Source of the DNA: Gammaproteobacteria bacterium
Lineage (GTDB): Bacteria > Pseudomonadota > Gammaproteobacteria > Pseudomonadales > JAUIET01
Direction of reading: 5' to 3'
Length of the DNA stretch: 64,000 nt
Assembly: GCA_030431775.1 (NCBI GenBank)
Contig: JAUIHW010000001.1
Span: 3,246 to 67,245 of the forward strand
The position numbers were made by a program, and so were the translations under genes. Below are positions 37,850 to 48,475 of the stretch, piece after piece; position 1 is the first letter of the stretch; each line of letters opens with the position of its first letter. The notes beneath the pieces are model-generated. The model did no database searches and was not told where the DNA came from. It was given only the letters and a program-made list of their open reading frames with translations.

Positions 37850-40800
37850 GTGCAGTATGGGCAGTATGGAAGGAACGGGTCACGCTGGCAGTTAGGGAGT
37901 CAGTCCTACTCAGCCTATAAGGCTGGGATTTCAATGGGGCCACCAGGTTTGCTGCCTGTTGCTCTCGCGGCCATGTTGCTGCTGGGTATGTCCGGGGCAG
38001 CGCTCAGCCAGAGCGAAGGCTTCACTGGCGAAGACGCCGTTGACGAGGCGGTGATCAAGGCACTTCGGCCGGTGCTCACGAGTTCTACCGCGCTGGGGTT
38101 TTCTCCGGACCCGCTCACTGCTTTCGCCGCCGACAACGTCGCATTCGCCACCAATCTTGCCCTCAAATACATTAAAGCACCCTTGAAAGCGCCGCCTGAT
38201 CGGTCCTTTCAGCCGCGGGACTCACTGCGTGACCCAGAGACTGGTCGAACCGAAGCCAACTGTGTGCATCGCTTTACCTTACCGCAATCGGTGTATTCCA
38301 AAGAGGACATCTTCGGCATCAATATAGGTAATGTTTTGCTGGGCAAGGGGCCAGGGCTGGGCATTCCCCAGGACTGGGGCGACCTCGGCGTGCCGGAGGT
38401 GTTTCATTACAACACGCACGTGCTGTTGTCGGCGGCCGGAGCCGGCATTCAGCAATCCGACCTGCCGCAGACGGTGACATTGCCGGCGGGTAATCACACG
38501 ATCCGCTGGCGCGCCGATACGCTCTATGATCTGCTGTTTGATGCGGTCTTGCCGGCCGCACTGGTTGCCGCGTCCGGCTATGGCAAGTACAAACGCGGTG
38601 AGTTCCTGCTTGCTCAGCCAGCCGCTGTGGAAAAACTGGCAAAAACCTATCGTGCCAATCAGCTGGTCGGTAAAAACATCATTCAGAAACTGGGTATCAA
38701 AATCAGCGACGCCTGCCAGACACGGCCGGAGAAATGCGTAAAGGCCGCCTATAAGCTCGGCGTCGGTCCCACCGCGGATTTTTTCACGGATTTTGAAATT
38801 CTTTCAGTCCGGCGTGACCGCGAGCAGACCATTACCGTATACGACCTTCACGACCCGACGTTGGTAGTGAATACACCGGAGCTGGTGCTGGAAGCGGCAG
38901 ACATCGGCGGCACCTTCAAAGAGCGAGTGAATGGCCAGCTGATGGCGTCGGTGCAAGCGGACGATGCCTGCGGGCGCCCAGTGGGTCTGTCCAATGATCT
39001 GCCCACTCTGTTGCCGGTTGGGCCCACCGATGTCACCTGGACCGCCACAGATCTTGGCCCCAACCTGCAAGGTGGTAGAAACAGCGTACAGGCTTTTCAG
39101 CGTGTCATTGTTCAGGACACCCAGGCACCGATTATCGTGCCGCCGCCGGGCCGGGTGATCGAGGTGGACCCCACTGACAGCGACCGTTCCGACGGGCTGA
39201 GTGCCGCGGGCGTGAATCCGGCAGTAGTGGACCTGGGCCTGCCGCGAGTGGTCGACCTTGCCGACCCCGCGCCAACCATTTCCACGGATGCGCCTGAATT
39301 TTTTCCGGTGAACAGCCGCACGGAAGTGCAATGGTCCGCCACCGACAATGGTTTTCCAACGCCGAACACTTCGACCGCCAGTCAGCTGATCACGGTTAAG
39401 CTCGCGGGCAGCAATACCGCGCCCTCTGTGCGCAATGTCAGTGCCACAACCCTGACCTCACAAGTGATCGATATTCGACTGAACGGCCTGGACAATGACC
39501 TGCTGGACGGCCGTGTCGACCCGCTGGCGATGACCATTGTTGACCGGCCGCAGAACGGCGAGTTTGTCGCACCCCTGCTGCCGTATTTTATCGAGGACTA
39601 TCGCACCAACCCGGCAGGCCCCTACGGAGAGGCCTTCTTCCTGGCCGGTAACAAACCCAACTGGCTGTACGACAACGTGTGCCGCGTCGGGTCGGGCCCC
39701 ACGAGTGAGCGCATTCGCCGCGACTGGGTATACCGGCCGCGCTTTGTGCAGGTGACCGATGATGGCACCTACTACATGATTGACCAGTACTGGCGTTGCC
39801 AGGCAAGCGGCGCAAGCGCCAATGAGCGCATCTCCAAGTGGGACCGCGACGGCAACTACCTTGGCCAGATCGATTACGACGGTACCACGGACGCCTTCGT
39901 GATGGACCAGGACAACCTCATTTATACCTTGACCAAACAGGGGGCGGGCAGCAGCACAACGCTGACCCTGCGCCAGTACCGGCCCAGTTTCGACACGGAC
40001 AGTGATTACCGTCGGGACTTGTGGAAGTTCACCTTTAACGATACCGGCGACGACCCGGTCTCCAATAACCAGTACTCCTACGCGCGCGTGGACAGCCGCC
40101 GCGGTATTGTTTACGTTAATGACCGACGGCGAATTTTTGCCTTCGATGTGCGAGCGGATCTGGCCGACCCGCAAGGCAATTCATCAAACGGCATGGGTGA
40201 CTATTACATTGGCGCATTGAAAGGTGGCGAGCAAGTGTTTGCCTGCACCAGCTTTGGCAGCTCCTGGAGCGGCTTTGCGATGGAAGTGGATTCACAGGGT
40301 AACCTGTATGTTGCCGATACCTGTGGTGACCGAATTCACAAATTTATGGCTTCCGGTTTTGACAATGCCGGCAATGCGCAGCTCGGTGAGTATGTGGGTT
40401 GGATGGGGCGCTGCGAAAGCAGCACCAATAAGGCTTGCGATGAAGCGACTGGAACCAGCAAGGGCTACAGCTGTACTGATGAAACCTGCACGGTTGACCA
40501 AAGTGAGGGGCCTGAGCCTGGCCAGTTCTCGACGCCAGTGTACCTGGCTATCGACCCTAACGATATTCTCTATGTGGCCGATTCCAGCAATCGACGCATC
40601 CAGCGGTTTGCACCAGATGGCAGCTTTGCCGGCCAGGCTCAGTCCAGCGGCACAGGCATTAATCGCGGCGAAAATCCCAGCTTTGTGCTGGGCAATATTG
40701 GTAACCCAAAAGCGGTTACGGTGAATTCCACGCAGTTTTTCGTGGTCGATCGCGATGAGTCCTTTATCAATGTGTTTGAAACCTCGCCACTGAAAGACAT

Positions 40801-42367
40801 TAGCGACGACGGTGCGACCGTAACCTACGTTTCCAATTTTGACTTTCACAGCGGCGCAGACCGCTTTACTTATCGCGCCAGCGACGGCCTGGACGACAGC
40901 AACCTTGGCACGGTGAGTATTCAGGTTAATCGTAATTTCCGCCCGCCGGTGGTTGAGCCGCTCGAACTCAGCACCGCTGAGGACTCCTCCATTGGCGTAG
41001 GTTTGCTGGGTGACGATCCCGATGGCATTCTCGGTGAGGATTTCAATGGGCTGGACACATTGACCTTTGAGGTACTTGAGCAGCCGGCCAATGGCACTTT
41101 ATCGGGAACACCACCTGCGCTGACCTACACACCCAGTGCCGACTTTTTCGGTACTGACAGCTTCACTTATCGCGCCAGCGACGGCCGGCTGGATTCGGAG
41201 CCGGCAACGGTGAACATTGAAGTCAGCGCTGTAGACGACCCGGTGCGCCTCAACGAAGCAACCTGGCAGGAGCGAGTGGGGCGCGGCTTTCCAACCCTGT
41301 TCATGGCGAGTTATACGGATGATGGTGGATCGCCCTACACGCTGTTCATGAATTGGGGCGATGGCACCATCGAGTCTGAGGGCGACCTGGTGGACCCGGA
41401 TGGTGAAGGCGGGCAGGACCCACGGCTTGAGGGCGTGAAACTGGTGGCGCCCACAGCACGCAACGGCGAAGGCATGGCGGTAGCTGATCATGTGTACCAG
41501 GCGGTTGGAACGCAGTCTTCCCGCTTCTGCATTGCCGATGCATTGGAGAATGCCTGCGTGGATCGGACCGTCGCGGTTCTGGAACTGGCTAATCTTGCCG
41601 TGTCTCTGGGCCCTGAGTCAGTAGAAACCAGCGCTGCCACCCAGGAGATGCAATTCACGCTGACCAATGGCCAGCCGGAAGGTTGGGCCGGCCTTACCGC
41701 GCAGCAGTTGGTGCTGGCGGTATCTGAACCGCAGGGTTATCGGGTGGTCGGTTTCAGTGGCGCATCCGCACCGGCAGGCTGCCGCCTGATCGGTGGTGGC
41801 CTACGCTGCCAGCCACCCGCGCTTCCACCCGGTGGCAGTTTCTCCATCAACCTTGAAGTGGAACCGGCTACACCTGCGATTTACAGCGAACAGCTTGCGC
41901 CGGTTATTGTCGAGGTAACGACCAGTACACCCGCGCTTGACAGCGATTATGTGGCAACCCAGCCGGTACGCTTTCTGGTGAACCGAACCGACAGTGATGG
42001 CGACGGCATGAGCGACCGCTTCGAAACCGTTTACGGCTTGGCGCCGAGACTGGCCGGGGATGCGGCGAATGACAATGACGGCGACGGGTTGACTAATCTT
42101 GAGGAATACGTCGCAAAGACCGACCCCACTGACCGTGACAGTGATGGTGACGGCGTTCGAGATGGCCTGGACCCGGCACCGCTGGACCCGGCACAGACCA
42201 CTAACGATGCTGATTTGAACAGTGATGGCCAGATTGATGCGGGCGATGTAGTGCTTCTGCAGCGATCCCTGTCCGGCGCAGGTGACGAACTGTTGCTGGA
42301 TCTCAACGATGATGGGCTGACCGATGCAGCGGATCTGTTGCTGCTGCAACAACAATTGGGTGAATGA
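37850..42367 (+). CDS. Giant extracellular protein: HYR-like, NHL beta-propeller, cadherin-like Ig, PKD-like, DxDxDG Ca-binding repeats and C-terminal dockerin-like domain
   Basis: DTQAP..; LYVADSSNRRIQRF; YTPSADFFGTDSFTYRASDG; WGDG; DSDGDG repeats; DLNSDGQIDAGDVVLL...DLNDDGLTDAADLLLL. AAGGAG RBS before the GTG at 37850. Confidence 0.75.
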   Translation: MQYGQYGRNGSRWQLGSQSYSAYKAGISMGPPGLLPVALAAMLLLGMSGAALSQSEGFTGEDAVDEAVIKALRPVLTSSTALGFSPDPLTAFAADNVAFATNLALKYIKAPLKAPPDRSFQPRDSLRDPETGRTEANCVHRFTLPQSVYSKEDIFGINIGNVLLGKGPGLGIPQDWGDLGVPEVFHYNTHVLLSAAGAGIQQSDLPQTVTLPAGNHTIRWRADTLYDLLFDAVLPAALVAASGYGKYKRGEFLLAQPAAVEKLAKTYRANQLVGKNIIQKLGIKISDACQTRPEKCVKAAYKLGVGPTADFFTDFEILSVRRDREQTITVYDLHDPTLVVNTPELVLEAADIGGTFKERVNGQLMASVQADDACGRPVGLSNDLPTLLPVGPTDVTWTATDLGPNLQGGRNSVQAFQRVIVQDTQAPIIVPPPGRVIEVDPTDSDRSDGLSAAGVNPAVVDLGLPRVVDLADPAPTISTDAPEFFPVNSRTEVQWSATDNGFPTPNTSTASQLITVKLAGSNTAPSVRNVSATTLTSQVIDIRLNGLDNDLLDGRVDPLAMTIVDRPQNGEFVAPLLPYFIEDYRTNPAGPYGEAFFLAGNKPNWLYDNVCRVGSGPTSERIRRDWVYRPRFVQVTDDGTYYMIDQYWRCQASGASANERISKWDRDGNYLGQIDYDGTTDAFVMDQDNLIYTLTKQGAGSSTTLTLRQYRPSFDTDSDYRRDLWKFTFNDTGDDPVSNNQYSYARVDSRRGIVYVNDRRRIFAFDVRADLADPQGNSSNGMGDYYIGALKGGEQVFACTSFGSSWSGFAMEVDSQGNLYVADTCGDRIHKFMASGFDNAGNAQLGEYVGWMGRCESSTNKACDEATGTSKGYSCTDETCTVDQSEGPEPGQFSTPVYLAIDPNDILYVADSSNRRIQRFAPDGSFAGQAQSSGTGINRGENPSFVLGNIGNPKAVTVNSTQFFVVDRDESFINVFETSPLKDISDDGATVTYVSNFDFHSGADRFTYRASDGLDDSNLGTVSIQVNRNFRPPVVEPLELSTAEDSSIGVGLLGDDPDGILGEDFNGLDTLTFEVLEQPANGTLSGTPPALTYTPSADFFGTDSFTYRASDGRLDSEPATVNIEVSAVDDPVRLNEATWQERVGRGFPTLFMASYTDDGGSPYTLFMNWGDGTIESEGDLVDPDGEGGQDPRLEGVKLVAPTARNGEGMAVADHVYQAVGTQSSRFCIADALENACVDRTVAVLELANLAVSLGPESVETSAATQEMQFTLTNGQPEGWAGLTAQQLVLAVSEPQGYRVVGFSGASAPAGCRLIGGGLRCQPPALPPGGSFSINLEVEPATPAIYSEQLAPVIVEVTTSTPALDSDYVATQPVRFLVNRTDSDGDGMSDRFETVYGLAPRLAGDAANDNDGDGLTNLEEYVAKTDPTDRDSDGDGVRDGLDPAPLDPAQTTNDADLNSDGQIDAGDVVLLQRSLSGAGDELLLDLNDDGLTDAADLLLLQQQLGE

Positions 42368-43275
42368 TGATGAAAACCTGTTTGCAAACTATGTTTCGGG
42401 GCGTGCTCATAACTGCTTGCTTGCTGCTAATCGCTGGCTGCCAGAGCGCGGCCACCCTGTCGCTGGCTGTGCGCAGCGGCGACACGGTTCTGGTCGGACT
42501 TTCGGGTGACGCGGGGGAAACCATTACCAATAGCGTTGCAGAAGTGATCCGCGCTGAAGACCTTACCGCAAGCATCACCGACACTAACAGTAATACTCTG
42601 CCGGTTCGGGTACGCAATGTGTTCCGTGTGTATGGTGATCCGACCGCGAACGGCCAGGCGGCCAATCGGGGGCAGTGGTTGGCCGTGATCGACCTGGTTG
42701 ATGGCGCTAACCAGGCGTTGGCCCTGGCGACCGGGCCGGCAACGCTGAATCTGGCTTCCAACAAGCTTGTTGACCCGCTCTCGGTGACCACCACCATTCT
42801 GGCGGGAACGGGTACGCCTCACCCATTGCGCGGTATAGAGAGCGGTGCGGAGAAGCTGGGTTTTCTGGAGCCTGCGCAGCAGGCGCTGGTATTTGTCACT
42901 GGAAACCCAGGAAGCCAGCGTGTGGGCGCGGTGCAATATCGCTTCACGGTAGCACGCGAACCGGTGCCGACCCGTTTGGGTTTGTTCAGTGCAATAGAGG
43001 GGGTCAAGTTGCAGGGCCGCCGCGACATCAGTTTTCAAAGCTGGACGCGCGCCAACCCGGGTGGCGGTACCGATCTCTATGTGATCATGACGGCGCCCGA
43101 CGGTGTCGCTGGCTCAGAGCTGGATGAGTTTGATATGGCCTTGCTTGCCGACCTGATCAGCCTTGATCCCACACCCGCAGATTATTTCAGTGGCAGCCTT
43201 CAGTCGGCCACGTTCTACGACGTGAACGGCGGCGAACTGGATGGCCTGCAGGCGCGGGTGGGGGCTGTTCAGTAG
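42364..43275 (+). CDS. Hypothetical lipoprotein, beta-rich
   Basis: Lipobox IAGC; the start overlaps the stop of the giant protein (ATGA). Confidence 0.7.
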   Translation: MMMKTCLQTMFRGVLITACLLLIAGCQSAATLSLAVRSGDTVLVGLSGDAGETITNSVAEVIRAEDLTASITDTNSNTLPVRVRNVFRVYGDPTANGQAANRGQWLAVIDLVDGANQALALATGPATLNLASNKLVDPLSVTTTILAGTGTPHPLRGIESGAEKLGFLEPAQQALVFVTGNPGSQRVGAVQYRFTVAREPVPTRLGLFSAIEGVKLQGRRDISFQSWTRANPGGGTDLYVIMTAPDGVAGSELDEFDMALLADLISLDPTPADYFSGSLQSATFYDVNGGELDGLQARVGAVQ

Positions 43276-43278
43276 GCC

Positions 43279-44415
43279 TCACCAAAGCTCCTGGCTGGCC
43301 AGGGCAGCGCCTTGTGCCAAACTTTCGAGCTTGGCGTAAACGATGTCCTCATCGACAGCGCCAAAGCCTGCGAAGGTGGAAAAACCACAGTCCGTGCCTG
43401 CGATTACACGTTCGCGGCCAACGATATCAGCAAAGCGGCGGATGCGTTGCGCGACCAGCCGCGGGTGCTCAATAAAATTGGTGGTCGAATCAATAACGCC
43501 GGGAACCAGCAATAAGTCCTCAGGCAGGTTGGCCTCGGCAAATACCTCCCATTCATGGGCGTGTCGCGGGTTGGCGGATTCAAACAACAGAGCACCCACG
43601 TTCGCTTTGAGCGCAATCGGCAGCACCAGTTCCATGGGCGCATCGTGGTGGTGTGGGCCTTCGTAGTTACCCCAGCACACGTGCAGGCGCACCCGCTCTG
43701 GGCTGATGCCTTCCAAAGCGTGATTCAAGGCCTCCACATGCAAGTTGGCCAGCGCCTGGTATTCGGCTTCACTTTTACCTTTGAACAGCATGTGCCGGCC
43801 CAAGCCCAGGTCGGGCGAGTCCAGTTGCAGTACCAGGCCGGCGTCAACAATGGCCCGGTATTCGGCGGCCATCGCATCCGCCAGGGCTTGCAGGTATTGT
43901 TCGTGGCTAGGGTAATGACGGTTGGGCTGGAACAGCGCAATGACACCGGGGGAGGCCGCGTTCATAAAGCCCTCGGTGGCCGGTGTTGCCGCCAGAGCCT
44001 GAGTCATGTTGCGAATATCGTCCTCGGCCGGGCCCATGTCTTTGACACGAATATCGGCCACGCAGCAGGGCCGGGAATAGGTGGGTGTGCCGCCGGAGCT
44101 GGCCTGGCGTTCAAGAAAGCCCGGGAATTCCTCCAGGTCGCTGGGCGGCTGGCGTTCGCTGTCACCTTCAAAACCGGTGATGCGGTCTTTGATGTAAGTG
44201 GCGTAACTGATCTTGCTCATCTCGCCGTCGCTGACAATATCCACCCCTGTGCTGACCTGTTTGGCAACCACCTCCTTGACCGCCGCTGCAATAATGCTTT
44301 CGGCGTTATCCACCGGGGTGCCCTGTTCATGCCCAAACACCACGTCAGTAACGGCTTTGGAGCGTGGCAGGCTGCCTACGTGGGTGGTAAGAATACGGTC
44401 CGTACTGTGTTGCAT
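43279..44415 (-). CDS. Cobalamin-independent methionine synthase II-like (MetE C-terminal fold) Zn enzyme
   Basis: TTHVGSLPR, DGE..K, Zn ligands HVCWGN and DCGF; 378 aa, single barrel. Confidence 0.85.
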   Translation of the reverse strand: MQHSTDRILTTHVGSLPRSKAVTDVVFGHEQGTPVDNAESIIAAAVKEVVAKQVSTGVDIVSDGEMSKISYATYIKDRITGFEGDSERQPPSDLEEFPGFLERQASSGGTPTYSRPCCVADIRVKDMGPAEDDIRNMTQALAATPATEGFMNAASPGVIALFQPNRHYPSHEQYLQALADAMAAEYRAIVDAGLVLQLDSPDLGLGRHMLFKGKSEAEYQALANLHVEALNHALEGISPERVRLHVCWGNYEGPHHHDAPMELVLPIALKANVGALLFESANPRHAHEWEVFAEANLPEDLLLVPGVIDSTTNFIEHPRLVAQRIRRFADIVGRERVIAGTDCGFSTFAGFGAVDEDIVYAKLESLAQGAALASQELW

Positions 44416-44438
44416 TAGTGTGCTCCTTGGATGTGCTG

Positions 44439-45200
44439 TTATTGTGCGGTCCAGCCGCCGTCAACTCGCAGGCTGGTTCCGGTGATCAGGGCTGACGCGT
44501 CCGAGGCCAGGTAGACGACGGCGTTGGCTACATCGGCCGTTTGGCCGACCTTGCCCATGGGAATGCGCTGCAGCACAAAGTCTGCAAAGTCTTTATTGGC
44601 CAGCATCGGCTCGGTCAATGGAGTGGTAATGAATGTTGGAGCGACCGAATTCACGCGGATACCTTGCGGGGCGAGTTCAACGGCCAGCGCTTTGCTAAAC
44701 CCTTCCAGTGCGTGTTTGGTTGCGCAGTATACGGTTCTACGAGGGCTCCCGACGTGGCCCATCTGGGAGGAGATATTGATGATGCTGCCGCTAATATCAT
44801 GGTCCAGCATGCCGCGCACTACCTGTTGTGTGGTCAGAAACACCGCGCGCACATTGAGGTTCAGCATGTTGTCCAGCACCTGCGTATCCACGTCGACAAA
44901 GTCCTGCGGTGTGTTCGTGCCCAGGTTGTTGACCAGAATGTCGATGCTTCCCAGCTCTGCTAACTGCTGCAAAAAGGCCTCACTGCTGGCGTCTGCCACC
45001 AGCATCTGAATACCATCGGCTTGGCTGCGCAGGCTCTCCAGGTCTTCGCGGGTGCGGGCCACGGCGATGACTTTGGCGCCGCATTGGGCCAGGCGCAGCG
45101 CGCATTCGCGCCCAATGCCTTTTCCAGCACCAGTGACCAGCGCGGTTTTACCGTGGAGCAGGGTGGCGTTGAATAATTCTATCGCTGACTTCGAATTCAA
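44439..45200 (-). CDS. SDR-family oxidoreductase
   Basis: TGAGKGIG, NISS, YCATK and VDGG motifs. Confidence 0.92.
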   Translation of the reverse strand: MNSKSAIELFNATLLHGKTALVTGAGKGIGRECALRLAQCGAKVIAVARTREDLESLRSQADGIQMLVADASSEAFLQQLAELGSIDILVNNLGTNTPQDFVDVDTQVLDNMLNLNVRAVFLTTQQVVRGMLDHDISGSIINISSQMGHVGSPRRTVYCATKHALEGFSKALAVELAPQGIRVNSVAPTFITTPLTEPMLANKDFADFVLQRIPMGKVGQTADVANAVVYLASDASALITGTSLRVDGGWTAQ

Positions 45201-45288
45201 GAGAAAGGCGAGCTCTTTATACTAGTTTATGGACAATTATACGGTTGTTTGCCAAGGCATACCAGATCATTTATTGCATTCGAAGTCA
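45186..45288. promoter_or_regulatory. Two putative LacI-family operators at the SDR/hisD-like divergent promoter
   Basis: TGACTTCGAATTCA (45186-45199) and TGCATTCGAAGTCA (45275-45288). Confidence 0.7.
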
Positions 45289-45360
45289 TTCTGCAATAAG
45301 CTTCCGTCCCCACTCGTTTTGAAGTATGTTCGGCAACGCACTGCAAGGGTAAGTTTGGTC

Positions 45361-46647
45361 ATGATTAGAAAATTGAAAGAAGGCATTGACGGCGATGTGG
45401 CGGCAGACAATGACGCCAAGGTTCGCGGTATTGTGGAAGGCATTCTGGCGGAAATTGAACAACGCGGGGATGCCGCTGTCCAGGAGTACGCGGCCAAGTT
45501 TGACGGCTGGGCGGGCGAGCCGCTGCGGCTTTCCCGCGAGCACATTGATGCCTGTTACGAACGCCTGGACCCGCAGGTCATCGACGATATTCGTTTTGCT
45601 CAGGAACAGGTAGGCAACTTTGCCCGCATTCAGCGTGAGGCATTGCAGGATGTTGAAGTGGAAACCCTGCCCGGGGTAGTGCTGGGCCACAAGAACATTC
45701 CGGTGAACAGCGTGGGCTGCTATGTGCCTGGAGGTAAATACCCATTGGTGGCGTCGGCGCATATGAGTGTGGTGACCGCCAAGGTAGCCGGCGTGAAGCG
45801 CATCATTGCCTGCGCCCCACCATTTCAGGGTGAGCTAAACCCGGCCACAGTCGTGGCCATGGATATGGCCGGCGCCGATGAAATTTATTGTGTTGGTGGC
45901 GTGCAGGCGGTGGGCGCCATGGCCCTTGGCACAGAAACGATTGACAGTGTGGATATGTTAGTGGGCCCGGGCAATGCCTTTGTGGCCGAAGCCAAGCGCC
46001 AGCTGTTTGGCCGGGTGGGCATCGACCTGTTCGCCGGGCCCACTGAGACGCTGGTGATCGCCGATGACACCGTTGATGGTGAGCTTTGTGCCACTGATTT
46101 GCTCGGCCAGGCCGAACACGGTCCGAATTCGCCGGCGATATTGCTGACTAATTCTGAAGCACTGGCGCGTGACACGATGGCTCAGGTAGAAGAGCAGCTA
46201 AAAACGCTGGCGACTGCCGAAATAGCCGGCCAGGCCTGGAGAGAGTACGGTCAGGTGATTGTCTGCGACAGCTACGAAGAAATGCTGCAGGTGGCGGATG
46301 AAATCGGCTCCGAGCACGTGCAGGTTATGACCAAAGACCCGAACTACTTCCTCGACAATATGACCAATTACGGCGCCTTGTTTCTCGGCCCTGAGACCAA
46401 TGTGTCTTACGGCGACAAATGCGTCGGTACGAATCATACGCTACCGACTAAAAAGGCTTCGCGGTATACTGGTGGCCTTTGGGTAGGAAAATTCATAAAA
46501 ACCTGCACCTACCAGCGCCTGACTGAAGACGCTTCGCACCACATCGGCCAATATTGTTCGCGGTTGTGCGCGGTGGAAGGTTTTGCTGGACACCAGGCGC
46601 AGGCGGATATCCGTGTGAAGCGTTATGGTGAAAAACTCGGTAAGTAA
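45361..46647 (+). CDS. Histidinol dehydrogenase homologue (HpsN/sulfopropanediol dehydrogenase-like, probably non-biosynthetic)
   Basis: [31 protein letters not shown] and [14 protein letters not shown] replaces the canonical HisD GDY, as in HpsN, and no other his genes are nearby. Confidence 0.8.
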   Translation: MIRKLKEGIDGDVAADNDAKVRGIVEGILAEIEQRGDAAVQEYAAKFDGWAGEPLRLSREHIDACYERLDPQVIDDIRFAQEQVGNFARIQREALQDVEVETLPGVVLGHKNIPVNSVGCYVPGGKYPLVASAHMSVVTAKVAGVKRIIACAPPFQGELNPATVVAMDMAGADEIYCVGGVQAVGAMALGTETIDSVDMLVGPGNAFVAEAKRQLFGRVGIDLFAGPTETLVIADDTVDGELCATDLLGQAEHGPNSPAILLTNSEALARDTMAQVEEQLKTLATAEIAGQAWREYGQVIVCDSYEEMLQVADEIGSEHVQVMTKDPNYFLDNMTNYGALFLGPETNVSYGDKCVGTNHTLPTKKASRYTGGLWVGKFIKTCTYQRLTEDASHHIGQYCSRLCAVEGFAGHQAQADIRVKRYGEKLGK

Positions 46648-47674
46648 CTCTGCAGGAACTGCGCATGGAAAGCGAGGTCGGCGGGCCACTTCTTATGATG
46701 TCGCGAGGGTCGCCGGCGTGTCGCAATCGGCGGTGTCACGCTGTTTTAAACCCGGCGCCAGCATTTCCGCCAAAACCCGCGCCAAGGTGGAAAAAGCCGC
46801 CCGACAATTGGGTTATCAGCCGAACGCAATCGCCCGTGGCTTGATTACCCGACGCTCGAATATTGTCGCCGTCATCATCAGTGAACCCACCAACCTGAAT
46901 TACCCGGAAGTGTTGTCGCAACTGAACCGGCGTCTGGGCGAACGCCAGGTGCACATTCTGTTGTTCACGCTCAGCCGTGAGCGCGACGTGAACCTGGCGC
47001 TGGATCAGGTATGGCAGTATCAGGTGGATGGCATCATTGCCGCCGCCCAGTTTACTGCTGAGCAGATCGCTGCCTGCGAGGACCGCGGCATACCGCTGGT
47101 CTTTTACAACCGGGTGTATACCCAGCAGGGTGTGTCGGCGGTGTGTTGTGATCACGCTGACGGCGAGCGGCAACTGATTGAAGGTCTGCTGAGCAATAAA
47201 CGCAAGAACTTTGTGGTGATGAGTGGCCCGGCGGACTCTGCCGTCAGCACCGCTCGTACCAAGGGCGCGGTTACCCGCCTTAAGCAGGAGAAGGTGAATC
47301 TGATGCAGGTGGCGGGCGACTACAGTTACGAAAGTGCCGTGGAGTGCGTGCACGAAGTGATGAGTACAAAGAAATTTTCCCCGGATGCCTTTGTGTGCGC
47401 CAATGACACCATGGCCATCGGTTGCATCGATACGCTGCGCCATGACTATGGAGTAGCCGTGCCCAAGGACATTGCGGTGGTCGGTTTTGATGGCGTAGGC
47501 GCGGCCGCCTGGTTGAGTTATGACTTAACCACGGTGGTGCAACCGGTGCAGCGCATGGTGGAAGCGGCGGTGAATATGCTGCTGGAGCGCGTGGAGGACG
47601 ACTCAATTCCTGCAGAAACCCGCCTGTTTGCCGGCCAATTGCGGCTGGGTTCAAGTGCACAACTGGAAGCCTGA
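46625..47674 (+). CDS. LacI-family transcriptional regulator
   Basis: [33 protein letters not shown] hinge, CAND.MA.G and VVGFDG. Confidence 0.95.
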   Translation: MVKNSVSNSAGTAHGKRGRRATSYDVARVAGVSQSAVSRCFKPGASISAKTRAKVEKAARQLGYQPNAIARGLITRRSNIVAVIISEPTNLNYPEVLSQLNRRLGERQVHILLFTLSRERDVNLALDQVWQYQVDGIIAAAQFTAEQIAACEDRGIPLVFYNRVYTQQGVSAVCCDHADGERQLIEGLLSNKRKNFVVMSGPADSAVSTARTKGAVTRLKQEKVNLMQVAGDYSYESAVECVHEVMSTKKFSPDAFVCANDTMAIGCIDTLRHDYGVAVPKDIAVVGFDGVGAAAWLSYDLTTVVQPVQRMVEAAVNMLLERVEDDSIPAETRLFAGQLRLGSSAQLEA

Positions 47675-47677
47675 CTG

Positions 47678-48475
47678 ATGACGCCCGCAAGCAATGCCGC
47701 TACCTTTCGCCACCAGTTGCTCACAGGCGAATGCCTGATTGGTACATTTGTCAAAACACCGTCGATGATGATTGCCGAAGTGCTGAGTCAAACCGCGTTG
47801 GATGTGGTCTGCATCGATGCTGAGCACAGCCCATTCGACCGCGCGGCCATCGACGCGAGCCTGCTGGCTTACCGAAGTGGCGGCATGCCGGCGCTGGTGC
47901 GTGTTCCCAGTGCCGCACCGGAACAGATTCTGAATGCGCTGGATTGTGGGGCCAATGGCGTGGTGGTGCCCCACGTTGACAGCGTTAGCAAGGCCGAGGC
48001 TGTGGCGCAGGCCGCACAGTACGGCGATTGCGGGCGAGGCTATGCGGGCTCAACCCGGGCAGCGGCTTACGGGGGCAACTCACTGGCTGACAACCTGCAG
48101 GCCGCGCGTGAAAGCACCGTAGTGATTGCTCAAATAGAAGATCTGCCGGCGCTTGATTGTATTGATGAGCTGGCGGCGGTGCAGGGGCTCGACTGTCTGT
48201 TCATCGGCACCATGGACCTAACGGTCGCACTGGGCAAAAGCAGCCCGAACGAACCGGAGGTTATTGCGGCGATGGAATCGGTATGTGACGCCGCCCGACG
48301 CCATCAACGCCGCACCGGTTTGTTCATTCCGTCTGCGGACCAGATTCCGTTCTGGCTGGAGCGCGGTGTCAGTTTGTTTCTGATGGCTTCCGACCACGCG
48401 TTTATCAAGCAGGGTGCGGCGGGTCTCCACCAGGCAGCAGCGGCCGCATTCTCGGGTAGCAAAGAAACCGGCTAA
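47678..48475 (+). CDS. HpcH/HpaI class II aldolase
   Basis: IDAEHSP, LVRVP, ALD.GA.GV.VPH, AQIED and FIG..DL. Confidence 0.9.
   Translation: MTPASNAATFRHQLLTGECLIGTFVKTPSMMIAEVLSQTALDVVCIDAEHSPFDRAAIDASLLAYRSGGMPALVRVPSAAPEQILNALDCGANGVVVPHVDSVSKAEAVAQAAQYGDCGRGYAGSTRAAAYGGNSLADNLQAARESTVVIAQIEDLPALDCIDELAAVQGLDCLFIGTMDLTVALGKSSPNEPEVIAAMESVCDAARRHQRRTGLFIPSADQIPFWLERGVSLFLMASDHAFIKQGAAGLHQAAAAAFSGSKETG

Noticed and set aside
45361-46647. Biosynthetic hisD, or a firm hpsN call
   Set aside because: It has GDK rather than GDY and a catabolic context, which argues against hisD. The other DHPS pathway genes are not visible, so hpsN is also unsupported.
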